Position numbers and translations under genes: made by a program
Notes under the pieces: model-generated
What the model saw: the letters and a program-made list of their open reading frames with translations, nothing else
What the model was told of the DNA's origin: nothing
Database searches by the model: none
Shown here: positions 10,054 to 19,367 of the stretch, one piece after another
Position numbering within the stretch: position 1 is the stretch's first letter
Layout of the letters: each line of letters opens with the position of its first letter
Assembly (NCBI GenBank): GCA_963789405.1
Contig: CAWBKL010000005.1
Coordinates: 98,088-162,087 of the forward strand
Length of the DNA stretch: 64,000 nt
Direction: 5' to 3'
From: an uncultured Alphaproteobacteria bacterium
GTDB lineage: Bacteria; Pseudomonadota; Alphaproteobacteria; CAWBKL01

Positions 10054-12408
10054 ATGGGGCGGAAACTCAATGGTGGGCTCATTAGCGTTGTTGCCTCGGC
10101 GGCCCTGATCCTTTCTCTCACCAACGCTTCGGACGCACAGGCCATGGAACGCTATAAGGATTCTTCCGCACCAATCGATGCGCGCGTCAATGATCTCATG
10201 AGGCGCATGACGCTTGAAGAGAAGGTCGCGCAGATCATCGCTGCGTGGCAAACAAAGAGCCCGCTTCTTGACGACAAGGGCGATTTCGATCCGGCAAAAG
10301 CCAGCGAGGTCTTCCCGCACGGAATCGGTCAGATCACGCGGCCGTCGAATCTCCTCAGCACAGGGTCCGGCATGCTTGGGCGCAATTCGCGCGACGCAAC
10401 GAACTTGATCAACGAGATTCAGAAATGGGCGATTGAAAAGACCCGTCTTGGAATTCCTGTCTGGTTCCATGAAGAAGGCTTGCATGGCGCGGTGATTGTC
10501 GACGGCACCAGTTTCCCGCAGGCGATCGCGCTTGGGTCGAGCTGGGATCCTGATCTTGTCATGCGCGTCAATCAGGTGACTGGCCGCGAGCTTGCCGCGC
10601 GGGGCATTCAAGAAGTTCTCTCGCCCGTCGTCGACATCACGCGCGATCCGCGCTGGGGCCGCGTTGAAGAGACTTTCGGTGAGGATCCCTATCTCGTGAG
10701 CGAGATGGGCGTTGCCGCGGTGCGCGGTCTGCAAGGTGATAGCCTGCCGCTTGCGCCCGGCCATGTCTATGCAACGCTCAAGCACATGACCGGGCACGGC
10801 CAGCCGGAAAGCGGCAACAATGTTGCTCCCGCGATGCTTGGCGAGCGCACGCTGCGCGAGGATTTTTTTCCGCCCTTCGAGCAAGCCGTGAAGCGCACGA
10901 ATATCCGCAACGTCATGGCTTCCTATAATGAGATCGACGGCGTACCCAGCCATGCCAATAAATGGCTGCTCGAAGATGTGTTGCGCGGCGAGTGGGGCTA
11001 TAAAGGTGCGGTCGTCAGCGACTATTTTGCGATCGAGCAGCTGACGCAGCTGCATCATGTCGAGCCGGACATTCCTTCGGCTGCGATCCGCGCACTTGAA
11101 TTGGGCGTCGATGTCGACCTGCCGAATGGCGTGTCATTCTCGACGCTTGTTGACTCCGTGCGCGCCGGCCATGTCAGCGAGAAGCTGGTCGATAAGGCCG
11201 TGCGGCTGTTCCTGACGCTCAAATTCGAATCCGGCGAGTTCGAGCATCCGTATCATGATCCCGAGGCGGCCGATAAGCTCACCGGCAACGCGGAGGCCGA
11301 CGCGCTGGCGCTGGAGGCCGCGCATCGCTCGGCGGTTCTGCTTAAGAATGACGGCACTTTGCCGCTTAAGCCGAATGCGGAAACGCTCGCTATCATCGGG
11401 CCCAACGCCAACACAATTCATCTCGGCGGTTATTCCGGCTGGCCGCGTCACACGGTCAACATTCTCGAAGGCATCAAGGCCAAGCTCGGGGCGAATGCGA
11501 AAATTCTTTATGCGGAAGGCTGCAAGATCACCGAATCCAGCGAATGGAGCGCGGATCCGGTCAAGCTTGCCGACCCTAAGGAGAATGAGAAGCTCATCAA
11601 GGAGGCGGTCGCTGTTGCGAAAAAAGCCGATAAGATCGTTCTTGTGATTGGTGATACCGAGCAGACAAGCCGTGAAGGCTGGGCGCCCAATCATCTCGGC
11701 GATCGAGACAGCCTCGATCTTCCCGGTCAGCAGGATGAGCTGGCGAGCGCTTTGTTCGCCTTGCACAAGCCGGTGATCGTCATCTTGAACAATGGCCGCC
11801 CGCCATCCATCGTAAACATCGCCGAGAAGGCCAATGCGATCATCGAAGCCTGGTATCTCGGCCAGGCGACCGGTACCGCGATGGCCGACATTCTGTTCGG
11901 CGATTACAATCCCGGCGGCAAATTGCCGATCACCTTTGCGCGCTCCGTCGGTCAATTGCCGGTCTATTATGATTACAAGCCGAGCGCGCATCGCGGCTAT
12001 CTGTTTGACAGCAATGCGCCGCTGTTTCCGTTCGGCTTTGGTCTCAGCTACACAACATTTGAGATCAGCGCGCCGCGCCTTTCGGCGGCGACGATCAAGC
12101 CGGATGGGGTGGTCGAGGTGTCGGCGGATGTCAAGAACACCGGCAGCCGAACCGGCGACGAGGTGGTTCCGCTCTATATTCACGATAAAGTCAGCTCGGT
12201 CACGCGGCCGATCAAGGAGCTCAAGGGCTTCAAGCGCGTAACGCTCGCGCCCGGTGAATTGCAGACTGTGACTTTCAAGCTCGGGCCGGAGGCGCTGCGC
12301 TTCTGGAACAAGGATATGAAGCGCATCGTCGAGCCTGGTGATTTCGACATTATGGTCGGGCCCAATTCGGTCGCTCTGAAGACGGCAACATTGACGGTCG
12401 TCGAATGA
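10054..12408 (+). CDS. Glycoside hydrolase family 3 beta-glucosidase/beta-xylosidase (periplasmic, BglX/XynB-like)
   Basis: About 784 aa GH3 product (…KGAVVSDYFAIEQ… catalytic-region motif) with a signal peptide (MGRKLNGGLISVVASAALILSLTNASDAQA). It is divergent from aguA. Confidence 0.8.
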   Translation: MGRKLNGGLISVVASAALILSLTNASDAQAMERYKDSSAPIDARVNDLMRRMTLEEKVAQIIAAWQTKSPLLDDKGDFDPAKASEVFPHGIGQITRPSNLLSTGSGMLGRNSRDATNLINEIQKWAIEKTRLGIPVWFHEEGLHGAVIVDGTSFPQAIALGSSWDPDLVMRVNQVTGRELAARGIQEVLSPVVDITRDPRWGRVEETFGEDPYLVSEMGVAAVRGLQGDSLPLAPGHVYATLKHMTGHGQPESGNNVAPAMLGERTLREDFFPPFEQAVKRTNIRNVMASYNEIDGVPSHANKWLLEDVLRGEWGYKGAVVSDYFAIEQLTQLHHVEPDIPSAAIRALELGVDVDLPNGVSFSTLVDSVRAGHVSEKLVDKAVRLFLTLKFESGEFEHPYHDPEAADKLTGNAEADALALEAAHRSAVLLKNDGTLPLKPNAETLAIIGPNANTIHLGGYSGWPRHTVNILEGIKAKLGANAKILYAEGCKITESSEWSADPVKLADPKENEKLIKEAVAVAKKADKIVLVIGDTEQTSREGWAPNHLGDRDSLDLPGQQDELASALFALHKPVIVILNNGRPPSIVNIAEKANAIIEAWYLGQATGTAMADILFGDYNPGGKLPITFARSVGQLPVYYDYKPSAHRGYLFDSNAPLFPFGFGLSYTTFEISAPRLSAATIKPDGVVEVSADVKNTGSRTGDEVVPLYIHDKVSSVTRPIKELKGFKRVTLAPGELQTVTFKLGPEALRFWNKDMKRIVEPGDFDIMVGPNSVALKTATLTVVE

Positions 12409-12488
12409 GCTGAATCTCAAATAATAAAGTACTTTACAAAACAAAGTAGATCGGGCAATCTCTCTTCCGAGAAGGAGAGAGGGCTGCC

Positions 12489-13049
12489 ATGAGGCTTGAC
12501 GACATCACACCCATTGGGTGGCTGCATACGGTTGCCTGCCTTGTCGCGCTCGGTGCCGGCGCGTTGCAGCTCATTCGCACAAAAGGCACGCCGTCTCATC
12601 GCGCTATCGGTATCACCTACGTGATCGCGATGATCGTGCTCAACCTATCGAGCCTGTTCATCTATCGCTTCGACGTGCTGCCGCCGAACAAGTTCGGCCC
12701 GCATATCTTTGGCCTGTTTCACTATGGTGCGCTCCTGACGCTCGCCATCGTGCTTGTCGGCTGGTTCGCGGCGTCAAGGCAACGGCATGGCTTCTTTGCA
12801 TATCTTCATCCGCTATGCATGGTGATAAGCTATTACATGTTGCTCGCGGCATTGGTGAATGAAGCCTATGCGCGAATCAATTGGCTCCGGCGCGCGGCAA
12901 TGGCGATGTCACCCGGCGTGCGCAACTTCAATCAGTGGCGCCTGGTGCAGATGACTCACACAACGCTGATGCTTGTGACGGTGATTGTTCTCATTGCTTT
13001 CATGCTGAATGTCGCCTACTACCGCGGCACGCAGCAGGCCAAGGGGTGA
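12489..13049 (+). CDS. Hypothetical polytopic membrane protein (DUF2306-like)
   Basis: 186 aa product with 4-5 hydrophobic helices and no recognisable catalytic motif. Confidence 0.45.
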   Translation: MRLDDITPIGWLHTVACLVALGAGALQLIRTKGTPSHRAIGITYVIAMIVLNLSSLFIYRFDVLPPNKFGPHIFGLFHYGALLTLAIVLVGWFAASRQRHGFFAYLHPLCMVISYYMLLAALVNEAYARINWLRRAAMAMSPGVRNFNQWRLVQMTHTTLMLVTVIVLIAFMLNVAYYRGTQQAKG

Positions 13050-13054
13050 GCGCA

Positions 13055-13669
13055 ATGGCCGGACAGCTTGACGCGATTAAAGACGACATCTCGTTCCTTA
13101 AGTCGCTCGCGCATGAGGGTCGCGGCGCGGCTATGGGCGGCTCGGTGCTCGTTCTCGCCGGCACGCTTTATGGCTTGGCTGCGTTCTTCGATTGGATGGT
13201 CGCCGTGCGCCTCGTTCCGCTCGGCTGGACGTGGATGAGCTATAGCGAGCTCATCGCCACCGCCTTGTTCATCCCGGCCCTCATTGTTATCAACCGGCGC
13301 CTCGAGCGGAGACGTCAAGCCGGGCCGCTCCACCGGCTGATCGCCGCTGCCTGGCAAGGCGTCGGCTATGCGATCTTCGCGCTCGCCGCCGTCTATGAAG
13401 TCGTCGTCTGGCGTACCGGCGACTACAAGGTGTTCTATACCTTTGGCGCGCTTGTGCTCGTGCTCTATGGCGTTGGCTGGCTCGTCTCGGCCGTCGCGAC
13501 CGCGACGCGCTGGATGCGGCTCGTTGCGCTCGGCTGTCTTGCAGCCGCTTTGGCGCTTGCCTTTACCGCCGGCACGCACTGGGCCAATCCCATCGCTGTG
13601 ATTGCACTTTTCCTCTTTGCCGTCGTGCCGGGCATCGTGCTCATGCGCCGCGCGCCCAAGCAGGCGTAA
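13055..13669 (+). CDS. Hypothetical polytopic membrane protein
   Basis: About 204 aa product. The ATG at 13055 lies 5 nt after the upstream stop, and the product has multiple hydrophobic segments (MAGQLDAIKDDISFLKSL…). Confidence 0.45.
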   Translation: MAGQLDAIKDDISFLKSLAHEGRGAAMGGSVLVLAGTLYGLAAFFDWMVAVRLVPLGWTWMSYSELIATALFIPALIVINRRLERRRQAGPLHRLIAAAWQGVGYAIFALAAVYEVVVWRTGDYKVFYTFGALVLVLYGVGWLVSAVATATRWMRLVALGCLAAALALAFTAGTHWANPIAVIALFLFAVVPGIVLMRRAPKQA

Positions 13670-13678
13670 GATCGCGGC

Positions 13679-13984
13679 ATGGGCCATTTCGATCTCGATT
13701 CGCTCGATGAAGTAGTTCACGGACGCGTGCGGCTCGGCGTGATGGCCTATCTCTCGACCGCCGACACCGCCGACTTCAACGAGCTCAAGCAGCAGCTCGG
13801 CCTCACCGACGGTAATCTCTCGGTGCATCTACGCAAGCTGGAAGAGGCGGGCTATATCGGAATCGACAAAGGCTTTGCCGGCCGCAAGCCGCTCACACGC
13901 ATCCGCCTCAAAGCCAAAGGCCGCGCCGCCTTCGTCCGCTATCTCGATGCGATGTCTAAGCTTATCGATGACGCGCGGCCTTGA
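13679..13984 (+). CDS. Small winged-helix transcriptional regulator (ArsR/PadR-like wHTH)
   Basis: 101 aa product. LSTADTADFNELKQQLGLTDGNLSVHLRKLEEAGYI is a classic HTH-wing pattern. It sits 10 nt downstream of the two membrane-protein genes. Confidence 0.55.
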   Translation: MGHFDLDSLDEVVHGRVRLGVMAYLSTADTADFNELKQQLGLTDGNLSVHLRKLEEAGYIGIDKGFAGRKPLTRIRLKAKGRAAFVRYLDAMSKLIDDARP

Positions 13985-14065
13985 GGACGGCGAGGCGATT
14001 CCCGCTTGAATGACGGCGGCGTAGATTGCATCTGTAGCTGTGCAGTCTGCGCAAGAGGTGAGCCT

Positions 14066-14968
14066 ATGCCCGAGCTTGATTTCATCACCGCCGACGTCTT
14101 CACCGACCGGATGTTCGGCGGCAATTCCTTGGCTGTCTTCCCAGAGCCGACGGACCTGCCGGACGATGTGATGCAGAAGCTCGCGCGCGAGCTGAACTTG
14201 AGCGAGACCGTGTTCGTTCAGCCAGGTGACGGCCCAAGGCAGCGCCGCCTGCGTATCTTCACGCCCGCACGCGAGGTCCCGTTCGCCGGTCATCCGATTG
14301 TCGGAACCGCGATTATTCTCGCGGGCGAGGGCTTGCTCGGGCCGATTGAAGGCACGGCGGAGATCGTGTTCGACGTCAAGGCCGGGGCGGTGCCCGTCAA
14401 GATCAAGCGCCTGGGAGCACTTTTCCATGCCGAGTTTACTGCGCCGCAGCTTCCGCAAACGGTCGCAACCCCGCTCACGCGTGAAAGCTTTGCGCAAGTG
14501 ATAAGTCTCGATGAGGAGAGGCTCGCGCGCGGCATTGCGGGCGCTGCTTACTCTTGTGGCTTGCCGTTCGTTTTCGTTCCGGTTGCTGATCGCACGGCTT
14601 TGTCGCAAGCGCGCATCGATCCCGCAGCCTATGACCGCTGCATCACGCCCGGTCCGGCCAAGGAAGTCTATGTCTTGACGATGGACGATTGGCAGAGCGG
14701 GCGCGAGGTCTATGCGCGCATGTTCGCGCCGGCCGCGGGCATCACCGAGGATCCGGCGACCGGATCAGCTGCCGCAGCGGCCGCCGGGTTTCTTTGCGCG
14801 ATCCAGAAGCCCGGTGATGGCACTGCGCATTGGACGATCGCGCAAGGTGTCGAGATGGGCCGGCCAAGCCTGATCTCGGTCTCGGCGCGAATTGACGGCG
14901 GCAAGATTCAATCGGTCGAGGTCGGCGGATCCGCCGTTATTGTCAGCCGTGGCTCGTTTTCGATCTAA
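14066..14968 (+). CDS. PhzF family phenazine-biosynthesis-like isomerase
   Basis: About 300 aa product (MPELDFITADVFTDRMFGGNSLAVFPEPTD… typical PhzF/DAP-epimerase-fold N-terminus). Confidence 0.7.
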   Translation: MPELDFITADVFTDRMFGGNSLAVFPEPTDLPDDVMQKLARELNLSETVFVQPGDGPRQRRLRIFTPAREVPFAGHPIVGTAIILAGEGLLGPIEGTAEIVFDVKAGAVPVKIKRLGALFHAEFTAPQLPQTVATPLTRESFAQVISLDEERLARGIAGAAYSCGLPFVFVPVADRTALSQARIDPAAYDRCITPGPAKEVYVLTMDDWQSGREVYARMFAPAAGITEDPATGSAAAAAAGFLCAIQKPGDGTAHWTIAQGVEMGRPSLISVSARIDGGKIQSVEVGGSAVIVSRGSFSI

Positions 14969-15125
14969 GGGGTTGAAACCTGCCGGCTTGCCACCAAGTC
15001 ACTATGATGTGCACGAGCCTTGCTCGCCGATGAGGAGAAGCTGCTTTCGAAAATTCACTCGCAGGTTAGAAAAAGTTGTTTTCGGGTGCTGAAGACACTG
15101 GCTTTCACCGAATAGGAGAGTGCGT

Positions 15126-17021
15126 TCAGCCGCGGATGCGGATGCCGGCGTAAAGCGCCGCATCCGAGGTCGCAAAGCCGGCGACTTCTTCGTATTGCTC
15201 ATTGAAGATGTTGTCGCCGCGGATGAAGGCCTCGATCTTAGGCGTCAGCTTGAAGCGCGCCGAAATGTCGAGGACGCCATAGGAATCGAGCGGCACGCGA
15301 AACGCGCCAAAGCCGTCTTCGGTTTTCGCCGCCGAACGCAAGGTCAGCGCCAAATTCGCGCGGTCTTCCCCGAAACCGAGCGTGAGCGTCGATGCTGTCA
15401 TGTAGCGCGGGCGGCGGATGCGCGGAAGGCCATTCTCGGCATCGGGCGAATGCACTTGGCTGTCGGTGTAAGTAAGCGCGGTTTGGAGATCGATGGCGGT
15501 CAGGAGGCCGAGTTGCACGGACCGCCGCCAGTTGCCGCTGATCTCGACGCCGCGCGCGAGCGATTCCCCTGGCTCCTGGAAATAGCCGGTGAAACCCACA
15601 TTGTCATAGCGGATCTCGTTATGGATCCACTGCTGGAAGAAGGTGACATCGATTGTCGCGGCGTGACCTACAAAGCTTTGCTCAACACCGGCATCGGCCC
15701 CGCGGCTATCTTCTTCATGAAGCGTGGGCAATCCCGCGGCTGCGTTCGTCGCGCGCTCATATGGGCTCGGCGCTCTGAAGCCGGTGCCGTAGCTCGCATG
15801 GAATTTGGTAATTTCACCGTCGAAGACCACCGGCAGCCACGCGGCGGTGGCGCGCCCGCTGAGATGCGTACCGAACTTGTCGTTATCGTCATAACGCAAA
15901 CCGCCGGTCAGATAGATCGACTGAAGAAATGCGCTTTGCCATTCGCCGTAAACGCCCGTGTCGTCGCTTTGCTCTTTGATCGTGTCGGTCTTGGCGCTCT
16001 GGTGCGTGTAATCGGCGCCGACAACAAGCGTCTGGCCGTGTGCAACGGCGATGGTAGAGACCAGCGATGCCTGATGGCGGTCGCCATCGAAGCGCGAACC
16101 GAAGGCGAAGGGCCGGCCGTTATCCAAGTCGTCGCGGCGCGAGGACGCAATGGAATAGGAAAGTTGGGTATTGATGCCGCGCCAGCCATGATGGTCGATC
16201 GCAAACCGGCTGTCGATCTCCTCGCTGTTGAGCACGCGGTTGGGATCGGCGGGGGAGTAGGGTGGAAACGCGCTTGCACCATCAAACTTATTATGCGCCC
16301 GCGTATAATGTACAACGGCTTCAAGGCCGAAATCATTGTTGGGCTCGGCGCGCACAACGCCGTGCAGCGCAAGCAGGCGCTGACCATCATCGTCGGCGAG
16401 CGCTGGATCGCCGACTTTCTGCGTGAAGCCGACATCTTGGCGATGCGAAGCGCTCAGCAGGGCGCCGAATTTGTCCGCGCCGTAAGCCAGCGATCCCGAT
16501 TCGGCGAATGTGCGGTAGGAACCTCCTGAGGCCTCACCGGTGTAGTGCAACCCTGTAGGTGGCCGATCCGTAAAGATCTGAATGACACCGCCAACCGCAT
16601 CCGGTCCGTACAGCAGGCTCTGTGGCCCGCGCACAACCTCGATCCGCGCAACATCGGAAACCAGAAGGTTGGCAAAGTTGGTCGCGATCTGCGTGCCGGC
16701 GGGATCATCGATCCTGATGCCGTCGAGGAGCACGACAGTGCGATAACCTTCCTCGCCTCTGATGCGCACGCTCGATTGCCCGCCCGGGCCGCCGGATTGC
16801 GAAATGCCGACGCCCGGCAGTGTTCTTAACGCATCATCGACATAAGAGACGCCGAGATTTTTAATATCCTTATCTGTCAGTACACTGACGGAAGAGCCGA
16901 GGGTCGAGATTGGCGTGGGCGTGCGCGTTGCCGTGACGACGATCGTGTTCGCTTCGGCGATGGACTGGCTCGGCATCAGCACAAGCGCGCCGAGAATAAG
17001 ACAGACAATTTCCGCCCGCAT
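15126..17021 (-). CDS. btuB: TonB-dependent outer-membrane receptor (cobalamin transporter BtuB-like)
   Basis: About 631 aa product with a signal peptide, a TonB box/plug (TIVVTATRTPTPISTLGSSVSVLT) and a C-terminal beta-barrel ending ALYAGIRIRG. It lies directly downstream of a cobalamin riboswitch. The start could alternatively be at 17069. Confidence 0.7.
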   Translation of the reverse strand: MRAEIVCLILGALVLMPSQSIAEANTIVVTATRTPTPISTLGSSVSVLTDKDIKNLGVSYVDDALRTLPGVGISQSGGPGGQSSVRIRGEEGYRTVVLLDGIRIDDPAGTQIATNFANLLVSDVARIEVVRGPQSLLYGPDAVGGVIQIFTDRPPTGLHYTGEASGGSYRTFAESGSLAYGADKFGALLSASHRQDVGFTQKVGDPALADDDGQRLLALHGVVRAEPNNDFGLEAVVHYTRAHNKFDGASAFPPYSPADPNRVLNSEEIDSRFAIDHHGWRGINTQLSYSIASSRRDDLDNGRPFAFGSRFDGDRHQASLVSTIAVAHGQTLVVGADYTHQSAKTDTIKEQSDDTGVYGEWQSAFLQSIYLTGGLRYDDNDKFGTHLSGRATAAWLPVVFDGEITKFHASYGTGFRAPSPYERATNAAAGLPTLHEEDSRGADAGVEQSFVGHAATIDVTFFQQWIHNEIRYDNVGFTGYFQEPGESLARGVEISGNWRRSVQLGLLTAIDLQTALTYTDSQVHSPDAENGLPRIRRPRYMTASTLTLGFGEDRANLALTLRSAAKTEDGFGAFRVPLDSYGVLDISARFKLTPKIEAFIRGDNIFNEQYEEVAGFATSDAALYAGIRIRG

Positions 17022-17154
17022 TACGGACCCCTCATGGCGACACGTGAGAAGGCGGGGCCGGAGGAACAAAACCTCAAGCCAAGCAACCTCACACCGGTGT
17101 CGCCACGACGGGAAGATCCGCGCCCCCGATTGATCCCGATCGGCGGACGGGCGA

Positions 17155-17340
17155 CTTGGGTGGCAGGTCTTCTGGCTTGGGGCTCGAACGCTTCTTCCGC
17201 GCGCCTTCCCGAAGCTTCACAGCCTCAGTGGCATGTGCGCGGCAGCTTGCCCTTTACAGTTGCGGGTACAGCCCGAGATGAAAGCGCTTCACGCTTTGCT
17301 CGGTTCCCTATTCTCTCCTCATCGGAGCACCGCCCAGGCT
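17155..17340 (-). promoter_or_regulatory. Cobalamin (B12) riboswitch
   Basis: Minus-strand sequence GAGAAUAGGGAACCGAGCAAAGCGUGAAGCG…CCCGCAACUGUAAAGGGCAAGCUGCCGCGCACAUGCCACUGAGG…GGGAAGGCGCG…CAAGCCAGAAGACCUGCCACC carries the AAUAGGGAA, GCCACUG (B12-box) and CCAG-AGACCUGCC hallmarks of the Rfam cobalamin riboswitch (RF00174 from memory). It lies about 140 nt upstream of btuB. Confidence 0.8.
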
Positions 17341-17381
17341 TGATGCTATGCGACGCGCAAGGCCACTTGCAACGGCAATCG

Positions 17382-18266
17382 TCAGTCCGTCCACCGGCGA
17401 TGCAGCCACAACCATTCTTGCGGCTTTGCACGAATGATCTTCTCGAGCACTTGGTTGACACGCACCATCGTCTCTTTGATGTCGCGCTCGCGGTCGCCCG
17501 TGTCGATGAGTTCGATCGGCTCATGAAGGCGCATCACGAAGCGTGGCCCTTTGATGCGTTCGATCGATGCCGGCACGATCGGCACATGATGCCTCAGGCT
17601 CAGTTGTGCGGGCGCGGCAGGCGTCATGGAGGGAATGCCGAAGAACGGCACCTCGACGCCGTCGCTCATGCGTTGATCGACCAACATTGCGACCAGATGC
17701 TTCGAGCGCACGACATCGATGAGCGCGCGCACGCCTTTGGGCCCTTTGGGAATCTGATTGGCGCATACATATTTTCTGCGCAGGTCCACAATGTAGCGAT
17801 CGACATAAGGATTGTTCGCCGGCCGGTAGACTTCGCCGCCGGGGATCCCAATCTCCTTCATGATGTTGGGCATCAACTCCCAATTGCCGAGATGCGCCGA
17901 GATGAGGATCGCGCCGGAGCCGCCTGCGCGTATCTTCTCGATAACTCCGTGCTCATCAAGATCAACGCCGCCGCCGGGCTTGAAGGGGCGAAACTTACCG
18001 AGATGCGGCAGCTCGGCGATCGTGCGGCCCAGATTATCCCACATCGCTTTGAGGATACGCTCGGCGTCGCCGTCCGAAGTGTCGGGCATGGCGCGCTTGA
18101 GCCGTAGCTTGGCGCGTTTGTGCTGCGAGGTCATCGGGCCGAATGTCCGCGCGACGAAGCCACCGAAGGCCGAGGCGCCGTTGAGCCCGAGCAAGCGCGA
18201 GATGCCGACGAGCAGAAAGAAGCCTGCTGCCTCGATGAGATATTGGAGTCGCTGCGTGAACGGCAT
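17382..18266 (-). CDS. lpxL: Lipid A biosynthesis lauroyl/myristoyl acyltransferase (LpxL/HtrB family)
   Basis: 294 aa product with an N-terminal membrane anchor and the HX4D/E-type acyltransferase motif region (ISAHLGNWELM). Confidence 0.7.
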   Translation of the reverse strand: MPFTQRLQYLIEAAGFFLLVGISRLLGLNGASAFGGFVARTFGPMTSQHKRAKLRLKRAMPDTSDGDAERILKAMWDNLGRTIAELPHLGKFRPFKPGGGVDLDEHGVIEKIRAGGSGAILISAHLGNWELMPNIMKEIGIPGGEVYRPANNPYVDRYIVDLRRKYVCANQIPKGPKGVRALIDVVRSKHLVAMLVDQRMSDGVEVPFFGIPSMTPAAPAQLSLRHHVPIVPASIERIKGPRFVMRLHEPIELIDTGDRERDIKETMVRVNQVLEKIIRAKPQEWLWLHRRWTD

Positions 18267-18275
18267 CAGTGGATC

Positions 18276-19367
18276 TTATGGAGTCGCGTGCGCGTCCTTG
18301 TGGGACAAGCCTCGCTCGGATGCAAGCTTGTCGATCAGGAATCGCCCAAATGCCTCGCGCGAGGCAATGGTCGCAACAACGGGCAGAACATCGATCTTGG
18401 AGCGATGCTCGGGCGAAAGGCGCACCGCGTCCTTTGCGGTCGTGATGAGCCGTGCACCGGCGCCGTGCGCGCGGGCGAATAGGTTTTGAACTTCTAAAGC
18501 CGAAAACACATGGTGGTCGGGGAACGATATACGGTCAATGAGGTGCACACCCAGCCGTTCCAGCGTTGCGAAGAACTTTTCCGGCCGCGCAATTCCAGCG
18601 AACGCAATGTAGGAATCTGCAGCGAGCGCGCTGGCATCGGGCTCGAGATGGGCATGGAATACGGGGCCGGCCCAGCTCTTGATTTGGGCGCGTGTGCGCT
18701 CGCTTTCTTCACCCATGAGGATCAGCGCATCGGCGCGCGCAAGACAGCGTTTGACCGTTTCGCGCAAAGGCCCGGCGGGAATAACGCGACCATTGCCGAA
18801 GCCGAGCCCACCATCGACCAACACGAGCGAGACCGCCTTGGCAACCGATGGATTTTGTAGCCCGTCATCCATGACGATGATGTCGGCGCCCGCCGCAACG
18901 GCTTCTTCGACGCCCGAGCGCCGGTCTTTGGCGACCCACACCGGGGCGGCATCGGCGAGCAATAGCGGCTCATCGCCGACCTCCAATGCCGTGTTGTGTT
19001 TAGGGTCGACGCGTATCGGTCCCTTGGCGCTGCCGCCATAACCGCGCGTGACGATATGCGGGCGATGCCCGAGCGCACTCAGGCCGTGTGCGAGTGTGAT
19101 CGAAAAGGGAGTCTTGCCCGTGCCGCCTGCCGTGACATTGCCGACGCAAATCACCGGCACCGGCGCGCGATAGGGATGCGCCATTGAAAATCGAATACGT
19201 CCGCCAAGATCATAAAGCACGCCAAGGGGTGAAAGCGCAGCAATAGGCAGGCGCGATCCCAGCCCGCCCACGTCGTGCGCATACCAAAAGTCAGGCGCGC
19301 GCACGGACCGGCGTGCCGGAGAGCGAAGCTGCCGGCCCTTCGAGGCTTTGAGAAAGCAGCGGCTCAA
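18276..19367 (-). CDS. lpxK: Tetraacyldisaccharide 4'-kinase
   Basis: The Walker A loop VICVGNVTAGGTGKTP and the IVMDDGLQN motif are diagnostic of LpxK. The chosen start overlaps kdtA by about 77 nt, so the true start may lie a little downstream. Confidence 0.8.
   Translation of the reverse strand: MSRCFLKASKGRQLRSPARRSVRAPDFWYAHDVGGLGSRLPIAALSPLGVLYDLGGRIRFSMAHPYRAPVPVICVGNVTAGGTGKTPFSITLAHGLSALGHRPHIVTRGYGGSAKGPIRVDPKHNTALEVGDEPLLLADAAPVWVAKDRRSGVEEAVAAGADIIVMDDGLQNPSVAKAVSLVLVDGGLGFGNGRVIPAGPLRETVKRCLARADALILMGEESERTRAQIKSWAGPVFHAHLEPDASALAADSYIAFAGIARPEKFFATLERLGVHLIDRISFPDHHVFSALEVQNLFARAHGAGARLITTAKDAVRLSPEHRSKIDVLPVVATIASREAFGRFLIDKLASERGLSHKDAHATP

Noticed and set aside
6798-12444. 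Long antisense ORFs inside the SSS transporter, GH67 and GH3 genes (6798..7730 -, 7977..9563 +, 9811..11058 -, 11134..12444 -)
   Set aside because: These are typical high-GC shadow ORFs. Their products are Arg/Ala/Gly-rich, lack motifs, and overlap strongly supported genes on the opposite strand.
15120-18107. 15120..16529 + (469 aa) and 17034..18107 + (357 aa) ORFs
   Set aside because: They are antisense to btuB and to the riboswitch/lpxL respectively, and their sequences are low-complexity.
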